From NCBI GenBank assembly GCA_017654855.1, contig CM030335.1:620001-684000 (forward strand): DNA of 64,000 bases, written 5' to 3'. Below, in pieces: positions 57,052 through 64,000 of this stretch (the stretch's first letter is position 1; each line of letters opens with the position of its first letter). The notes under the pieces were generated by a model, which worked only from the letters and a program-made list of their open reading frames with translations, was not told where the DNA came from and made no database searches. This DNA is from Podospora anserina (Eukaryota). The position numbers and the translations under genes are program-made.

Positions 57052-58185
57052 TCAAAGACCCAACTCCTCCTTCCTCGACTTGCCCCCTTGTACATCAAGA
57101 TATGGAGCCTCGCCCAGGGAACAAACACGGTCGCCCGCTCTCGGGTCGTTGTAGTCATATGTCGCACAATGCCATGTGCTCCTGTTGTCCCAGATGGCGA
57201 CGTCATTCTTACTCCATCTGAATCGTACTTGGGCATCGTGGTTCTGTGTTACCATGTTGAAGAGGTATTTAAGGAGGATGTCCGACTCGTCTTTTGTGAC
57301 GCCGTTGATGCGCTTGGTGAAGCCCTTGTTGACGTAGACCGAGTTCCACCCAGTAACGGCTATTACCATGAATGTCAGTTTTACGCGCAATGATGTACAC
57401 AAACAAAGATGTGGAAACTCACGATTCGTCCTTATAACAGGATGCACAGCAGCCAACTCAGCCCCCTTGTTCAACGGCGACCCTCTCTCGCACTCCCTCA
57501 GCGGATTCCCCAAATTCCTCGCCTCATCCAAAAAGAACTTGGCGTCATGTGTGGCGGTCAGCTTCTTGAGCATCTCCCTCATCGGCTCTGACAGACGATC
57601 ATAGACCTCGTATCCGCTCGCCCAGAGGGTATCACCGCCAGTGACGGGAAGGGTGTGGATCTTGAGCATGGCGTAGTCACTGGGCACAGGCTCAAAGGTG
57701 ATATCGCTGTGCCATGCGTTGGAGGCATACCTACTGACGTCGGAGAGCTGGTGAGTGAGACCGCCGCCCTTCTTTTGCTTCTCGGAGGAGATGACGCTGA
57801 TTTGGTCGCCTAGCTCGGAGCCCTCTTCTGTCAGGGGGTGCACGTGAAGGCCAGAGGTGGAGGGGCAGCCGGCGAGGGTGGTGAGGCGGAGCATGAAGTC
57901 TTTGAGCTCGTTTGGGGTGACATCTTGGTTGCGGAGGAAGACGACGCCGCGGGAGGAGATTGTGTATGCGAGGTCGCGGAAGAGTTGATCGTCGGCTTTG
58001 AGAAGGTCGCGGATTTGGAGGGTGGGAAATTCGCGGCCGATGGCGGGGGTTGGGTCGTCGTGCGAGTATTGTTGGAGGGATCCAGAGTCGGAGAGCGGTT
58101 TGGTGAGTTGTGGTCGGGCTATGTCATGGCCACCAAAGATGGTGGCGTCGGTCTGAGACGACGTTGATGTGATAGCGGACGGCAT
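57052..58185 (-). CDS. TauD/TfdA-family Fe(II)/2-oxoglutarate-dependent (sulfonate/sulfate-ester) dioxygenase; in-frame intron 57360-57422
   Basis: RGVVFLRNQD, WHSDITFE (HxD), GGDTLWAS, HPVIRTNPVTG after splicing, WDNRSTWH. Confidence 0.93.
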   Translation of the reverse strand: MPSAITSTSSQTDATIFGGHDIARPQLTKPLSDSGSLQQYSHDDPTPAIGREFPTLQIRDLLKADDQLFRDLAYTISSRGVVFLRNQDVTPNELKDFMLRLTTLAGCPSTSGLHVHPLTEEGSELGDQISVISSEKQKKGGGLTHQLSDVSRYASNAWHSDITFEPVPSDYAMLKIHTLPVTGGDTLWASGYEVYDRLSEPMREMLKKLTATHDAKFFLDEARNLGNPLRECERGSPLNKGAELAAVHPVIRTNREFPHLCLCTSLRVKLTFMVIAVTGWNSVYVNKGFTKRINGVTKDESDILLKYLFNMVTQNHDAQVRFRWSKNDVAIWDNRSTWHCATYDYNDPRAGDRVCSLGEAPYLDVQGGKSRKEELGL

Positions 58186-58533
58186 GGCGAACGAAGTGGT
58201 AGTTCAAAGCACAGAAAAAGGCACAATCACATGTAGATGGGATGGAAGCAAGCGAAATGATTGGGAATGTAAATATTGACAGGCTCGGGTCTCTTATTAA
58301 TATGCAATGCACAAGCAGCATTGGGAACCATTCGGCCTCAGATACTCGTTCAGGATGTCGTTAACCACCAAGGTTCGACGCTTGGACGAATTACTTGGCG
58401 GCGGAGAAAATGTCGGAGAATTGTGAATGGCGTCAACCGGCGCTAAGTAGGCGAATGTCGAAGCGACCTCCCCATCTCGGCCGGCCCCGCACCCGGCATA
58501 ATCGGTGTGGTGATACTATCTCTTGCCAACATC

Positions 58534-58543
58534 ATGACGCCAT
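58534..58543. promoter_or_regulatory. CYS-3/MetR-type bZIP site (ATGACGCCAT) in the divergent TauD/MFS promoter
   Basis: Perfect match to the Neurospora CYS-3 consensus ATGRYRYCAT; a second, 9/10 site ATGGCGTCAA lies at 58427-58436. Confidence 0.6.
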
Positions 58544-58772
58544 CGCCGTAGCTGCACACCGAGAGGCCTTACCGACTTCAATTCTCCGCTCGTTTCTCCG
58601 CACGCGTTGCTTGTGATAGCCTCAACATGTAACGCGATGGCTGGGGTCAGCATCTCTAAATAGTGACCTCCATCCGCATGTTGTCGGTCGCGATGGTTCA
58701 TCTCTTGACCGCCCGTTCCTCATCTCATTCCATTCGACCCCAGTCGTCTGCCTGACAACAGGTCTCTCCAAC

Positions 58773-60464
58773 ATGGGCAAAATCGACGACATCGAGAACC
58801 ACACCAAGGGTTCGCCACCAGCGACCCTCGACCGCGGTGACAGCCACGACGGCAAGGCATCACTCAAGGGCTCCGAACCTCATGTCGGTCGCTCTGAGCT
58901 GAGCGATGTCATCCCTCCTGATGATGGCTACGAGGGAAAGCACCGGTGGGATCCATTGGCGACATGGACCCCTGAGGAGGAGAAGGCCGTGGTGCGCAAG
59001 ACCGACATCTGGTTGCTCTCCTGGCTCTGTGTCATGTTCTTCGGTCTTCAACTTGACCGTGGTAACTTGGCAAACGCTTTGGCTGATAAGTTCCTGGACG
59101 ACCTCAACCTTTCTCGAGACGACCTCAACAACGGTAACACGATCCAGTTGGTTGCATTCTTGAGCGCCGAGTTCCCTGTTCAGTTCCTGACCAAGCGTTA
59201 TGGGTTTCGTTATGTCCTTCCGGCCATGATGTTTGCGTGGGGAACTGTCTCCTGGGGTCAGGCATGGATTCACGACCGGGCAAGCTTTTATGTTACCCGT
59301 GCACTTATTGGTGCTTGCGAGGGTGGTTTCATTCCGGGTGCTATTCTCTACGCGACCTACTTTTACACCTCCTCCGAACTGTCGACTCGTCTGGCGGTGT
59401 TTTGGTCGACTTTGAACGTTGCACGCGTCATCTCGGCTTTGTTGGCGGCTGGTATTCTCAAGATGCGTGGTATTGGTGGCCACCCGGGGTGGTTTTGGCT
59501 GTTTTTGCTTGAGGGTCTTCTTACTGTTCTTCTGGCTTTCATCGTAAGTTCTGCCCATCTTTTAAAAACCCCCTGTCAGTATTCTAATCGATGTCACTAG
59601 TCTTTCATCTACCTTCCCGCGGCTCCCACCAAGACCACGGGCGTTCTCTTCCGCGAGCCTTGGTACACTGAGCGCCAGGAGGTGATCATGGTCAACCGTA
59701 TCCTCCGTGACGATCCCGCCAAGGGCTTGACTCTGCTCAACGAGCCGGCCACTTGGCAAGACGTCAAGGCTACCTGGACAGACAAGTCTCTCTGGGGACT
59801 CTTCTTCATCGGCCTCATCGCCTACATTCCCGCAACCCCAGTCCAGGGCTACCTCACCCTGACCCTTCGCGACCTCGGCTTCACCGACAGCTTCGAGATC
59901 AACATGCTCACCATCCCGTCGGCCGTCCTCCAGATTATCACCATGCTGATCCTAGCCCGGTCGAGCAAGTACTTCAACGAGCGGACCTTCCACTGCTTCG
60001 TGGGCGAATTCTGGGTCATGCCGCTGCTCATCGCCTTGATCACGCTGCCTGACGGAGGTCGTGAGTGGGGGCGGTATTCGCTGATCACGCTCATCAGCGG
60101 GTACCCTTACTTCCATCCTATTGTCACTTCTTGGATCTCGGAGAACACTTTTGATGTCAAGAAGCGGGCTATTGCGGCGGCGACGTACAATGTTATTGTG
60201 CAAGTTGGTAGTCTGATTGGCAGTCAGATTTATCGTGACTACCAGAAGCCGTATTATAAGATTGGTAATAGCACGCTCGTGTCTATCAGCGCATTGGCTT
60301 TGATCACATTTGTTGTTCAGAGATTCGTCTTGGTTGGACTCAATAAGAAGAAGGAGAAGGAGTGGGAGAAGATGTCGAGGGAGGAGCAGTTGGCTTATCA
60401 GAATGATGTGACGGCCAGAGAGTTGGATGGGAATAAGCGGTTAGATTTCCGGTTTGTATACTAG
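58773..60464 (+). CDS. MFS transporter, Dal5/anion:cation symporter family (sulfonate/allantoate permease-like); intron 59544-59600
   Basis: 'LQLDRGNLANA', 'RALIGACEGGFIPG', 'GWFWLFLLEG', 'QIYR..KPYY', C-terminal 'GNKRLDFRFVY'. Confidence 0.92.
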
Positions 60465-60831
60465 AGGGACACCAGTACCAGCACTGGAGATGTCTTGAAT
60501 GATAGTTTTAGGGTTACAAGTTGACACCAGACATTATTGACCTACCTGGTACTACAAGTTGTGGGTTGCGGTATCCTGAATCTTTAGAATGTTTACACTC
60601 TCGCCTTCTGGAAGCTGAGAAGTTTCCATACCTGAACATGTGTGTCTACATTTTGCTTACCAGTGAGGTTAATGTCACCCTGCTATGCACCTCGGCAATG
60701 TGCCATTTGGAGATAGCTGTTGCTTCCCATTGGCGCCATTGCGCCATTGTGGGGTTAGATTCTCCAACGTCCAACACCAAGATACTTCAATGTCATGTTC
60801 CCATGCCACTTGGCTGCAGAGCTACGGCAAT

Positions 60832-62511
60832 ATGTCTCCTGGTGGCGCGTCACGACCCTCGAAGCAGAGGAAGATTGGTTCTCGATCTTGCGATGCTTGC
60901 AAGATCCGGAAGGTCAAGTGTACAGAGACAGCCCCCTGCCAACGATGTCTCACCGCCGGCCTCGACTGCACCTTCAACAAGACCCAGTCGACGAGAGGAC
61001 CCCGGAATCTGAGGACAAAGACCTTACAGCAGATCCAAAATGCCACACGAGCTCAGCAACCAGCCTCAGCACCTTCACATATCCCAGAGCCAAGTTCTTC
61101 GTCGAGCACCGCGGACCCTTCCAACATTTCGGTCGAATCACTCGTCGTTCGACTGTGCATCTATCGACTTCGCCTCTTTCCAGTCTGGCCGATCGTGGCT
61201 GTGGAACAGGTCATTGCAGCCCTACACCGCGATTCCCATGATGTCGGAACCTACACCTTGGCAGTGGCCATTGGTGCTGCAACCATGGCCCAGTTGAAAC
61301 TGTCCCGGTTGAAAGACCCAAACATCATGGACAGCCTGTCCGCTAGCGCTCTCCACGAGGAGTGCCAAAGGAAACGGCGGACCCTCAACGCTGCCTCTGC
61401 CAGTCTGAACAGACTTCAGACCTCGTTCTTTTTGCACATCTACCACGAGAACCAGATTCCTGGCGGTGCCGAGTCTTTGTTGCACTTGCGCGAGGCCATC
61501 ACGGTGGCACAAATCATGGGATTACACCGGCCCTCCTCATACCTAGGACTACCCCCATCCGAGGACCGCCTTCGACGCCGCATTTTGTGGCTGCTGTTTG
61601 TTACAGAGAGAGGAGTGGCCATGCTACACAGACTTCCAGTAGCATTGACTTCAGCCGAGAAGTTCCCGCCACTGGACACCATCAACGAACCCGACGACGG
61701 ACCACACGTGTTGCCGGCATTCAAGAAACTGGTCAACCTGTTTTGGATCTTCGACCAGTCCAGAGCCTTTGACATTCTTCAAGATGCGGCAGACGACACG
61801 GACGGCTCCTCATCACCCAACCACGAAACCCTCCGAGCCCTGCAACAGCGCTTACAAGAAGCACGACTCGAAACTGAAAATGATGCAAACGACATCCAGA
61901 AAGCGGACATTTCCATCACAAGACAATGGATGCAAATCCTCATCTGGCGCGCCACTCAAGGCCACGCATACTGGTCCTCCGACGACACCTCGGCAAGCCT
62001 TGCTGGCCCCATTCAGATAGCCCAGCAGCTACTAGACGACATATCAAAGCTCCCCAACACGGCCCTGGAAGCCCACGGCCCAGGGATAGAATTCAAAGTT
62101 TACGAGATTGCAAGTGCTGTGGCAGACTCCCTCAACTACTACACAACCCCCCGACCAGGCGACATCCTTCTACGACATCCAGGCGACATTCTTCTCAGAT
62201 TACAAAGATTCCTAGCCACCTGCCGGGGCGGAAACATCAACCTGCTAAGCCTCCTAGCCGCGCGCATCGCCCAAGGCCAAATGTCCCTATCCACCCCACG
62301 GCAGTCGTTCGACCCAACCCCGCCCTCGGTTGTTGTTGAAGAGATAGCCACCGACGCCGACAGCGACGAACCACCACCCTCATCCCCATGGCTCTCCCTC
62401 GTTGCCGCGGCTGAACTCGAGCAGCAGCAGTCCTTGTCGTCTTATGCTCAACAGGTCGGCCTGCTCGATAATCACGACTGGCTTCTTGCTCCAGAAAGCC
62501 CCAACATCTAG
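60832..62511 (+). CDS. Zn(II)2Cys6 transcription factor with fungal TF middle homology region (Mal63/SUC1-like)
   Basis: CDACKIRKVKC..PCQRC..DC; 'LREAITVAQIMGLH', 'RRRILWLLFVTER', 'QKADISITRQW', 'EAHGPGI'. Confidence 0.93.
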   Translation: MSPGGASRPSKQRKIGSRSCDACKIRKVKCTETAPCQRCLTAGLDCTFNKTQSTRGPRNLRTKTLQQIQNATRAQQPASAPSHIPEPSSSSSTADPSNISVESLVVRLCIYRLRLFPVWPIVAVEQVIAALHRDSHDVGTYTLAVAIGAATMAQLKLSRLKDPNIMDSLSASALHEECQRKRRTLNAASASLNRLQTSFFLHIYHENQIPGGAESLLHLREAITVAQIMGLHRPSSYLGLPPSEDRLRRRILWLLFVTERGVAMLHRLPVALTSAEKFPPLDTINEPDDGPHVLPAFKKLVNLFWIFDQSRAFDILQDAADDTDGSSSPNHETLRALQQRLQEARLETENDANDIQKADISITRQWMQILIWRATQGHAYWSSDDTSASLAGPIQIAQQLLDDISKLPNTALEAHGPGIEFKVYEIASAVADSLNYYTTPRPGDILLRHPGDILLRLQRFLATCRGGNINLLSLLAARIAQGQMSLSTPRQSFDPTPPSVVVEEIATDADSDEPPPSSPWLSLVAAAELEQQQSLSSYAQQVGLLDNHDWLLAPESPNI

Positions 62512-62829
62512 CTGCGAGCACGTCATTGATACGGGGGATGAGGTGAATGAAGTCCAAAGCGGAGCAGGTCCGGGGCCGGGATCGGCCTGTGGGGTTACCT
62601 TGCTCTACCGAGGCGGGGTTCGTTGTCCCTTCAGCTGTTACAAGTCTTGGCTAGACTCGATCTGGGACTTTCTCCGAGATATTCTCCGCTTGGGGTTTGG
62701 GGGTAAGAACGGACGGCAAACCTGGGGTTTTTGTGGTCACGTCAACGCTGTCAGGGAATTACTTTCTTTTGTTTGTTTTCTTCTTCTTTTTTTTTTTTTG
62801 GAGAGACGAAGCGAAACGACACAGTCAAG

Positions 62830-64000
62830 ATGGCTTGGGAAGAACCACGGAAGACGGGCATGGTGTATCGCCGTTTGGGCAACTCTGGATTACACGTCTC
62901 TGCGCTTGGGTTGGGAGGATGGCTCACGTTTGGGGGGCAGGTTGAGAATGGTATGTTTTGTTCAGGTTGGGATTTAGAGTAAGAAGGAAGAGCTGACGGA
63001 TAAACTAGAGGGCACTGTTGCTTGCTTGAAGCAGGCGTATGATTTGGGTATCAACTTTTTTGACACTGCGGAAAGGTAAGAACCGCACACAAGAACGTCT
63101 CTGTGCTCTCAGCCCACGAAAATTGACCGAAACTGTCTCAACAGCTACGCCGGAGGCCAATCCGAAGTCGTCATGGGCCAAGCCATCAAGCAGCTCGGCT
63201 GGAAGCGCAACGACATCGTCATCAGCACCAAACTCAACTGGGGCGGCCACAACGGCGAGGTCCTCGTCAACAACCACGGCCTGAGCCGCAAGCACATCGT
63301 CGAAGGCCTCCGTGCCTCCCTCCAACGCCTCGACCTCGAATACGTCGACATTGTCTACGCCCATCGCCCGGACCGTCTCACTCCCATGGAGGAGGTCGTT
63401 CGTGCTTTCAACCACGTCATCGAGATCAAGGGGTGGGCGATGTACTGGGGGACCAGCGAGTGGAGTGCTGACGAGATCGCCGAAGCATGCGGCATCGCCA
63501 AGCAGCTCGGACTTATCGCGCCGATTGTTGAACAGCCATTCTACAACCTCCTGCACAGAAAGAAGGTCGAGGGCGAGTTCCAGAGGCTGTACAGCAGATT
63601 CGGTCTTGGATTGACGACGTTCAGTCCCTTGAAGTTTGGTCTGCTCAGTGGAAAGTACAACGATTCGCCTGATACGCCTCCGCCGGGGAGCCGTTTTGCG
63701 AAGGGCGACGACAAGTTTGTCAATTACATGAGAGACAATTACGGGAACAGGAGCTGGCAGGATGATATCGAAAAGGTGAAAAAGCTCAAGGTTATCGCCG
63801 ACAAGGTCGGCATTCCCCAGTCAGAGTTGGCTCTGGCGTGGGTGTTGAAGAATCCCAATGTTTCGTCTGTTATCACTGGCGCGTCAAGGCCGGAGCAGAT
63901 TGTTGAGAATGTCAAGGCGTTGAAGAGTATGGCTTTGTTGACGCCAGATATTATGAAGGAGATTGATGAGGTGGTTGGGAGTGTTGAGTTGGATCCAGCG
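62830..64000 (+). CDS. Aldo-keto reductase (Kv-beta/AKR6-like), runs off the window end; introns 62951-63008 and 63076-63144
   Basis: 'YRRLGNSGLHVS..GGWLTFG', 'FFDTAESY', 'ISTK', 'LEYVDIVYAHRPD', 'YWGTSEW'. Confidence 0.92.

Overview
Eukaryotic, intron-containing DNA from a filamentous ascomycete. GT...CTRAC...YAG introns, the RPB2 gene and HET-domain genes point to Sordariales, plausibly Podospora (inference). The window has four zones. (1) 1-11.1 kb: a compact secondary-metabolite cluster around an A-T-TE NRPS-like enzyme, with two O-methyltransferase-fold genes (one with a degenerate SAM motif), an atypical P450, a signal-peptide-bearing EthD-like protein and a PTH11-like membrane protein; it may continue left of the window. 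(2) 17.8-30.4 kb: housekeeping genes (Nudix, PGM-like, CTNNBL1, VMA10, PET117, RPB2) plus a GH45-CBM1 endoglucanase. (3) 30.8-56.9 kb: an accessory, partly decaying region with HET, kinase, amidase and hypothetical-gene pseudogenes, a degenerate GT2, a sacsin-like gene, a two-repeat secreted Cys-rich peptide, a cupredoxin, an M13 peptidase, an NmrA-like gene and an intact HET gene. (4) 57-64 kb: a TauD dioxygenase/MFS permease/Zn2Cys6 module with CYS-3/MetR-type sites, then a truncated aldo-keto reductase. I recognised no rRNA, tRNA, CRISPR array or intact transposon. All family calls come from motif recognition by eye, not database searches.
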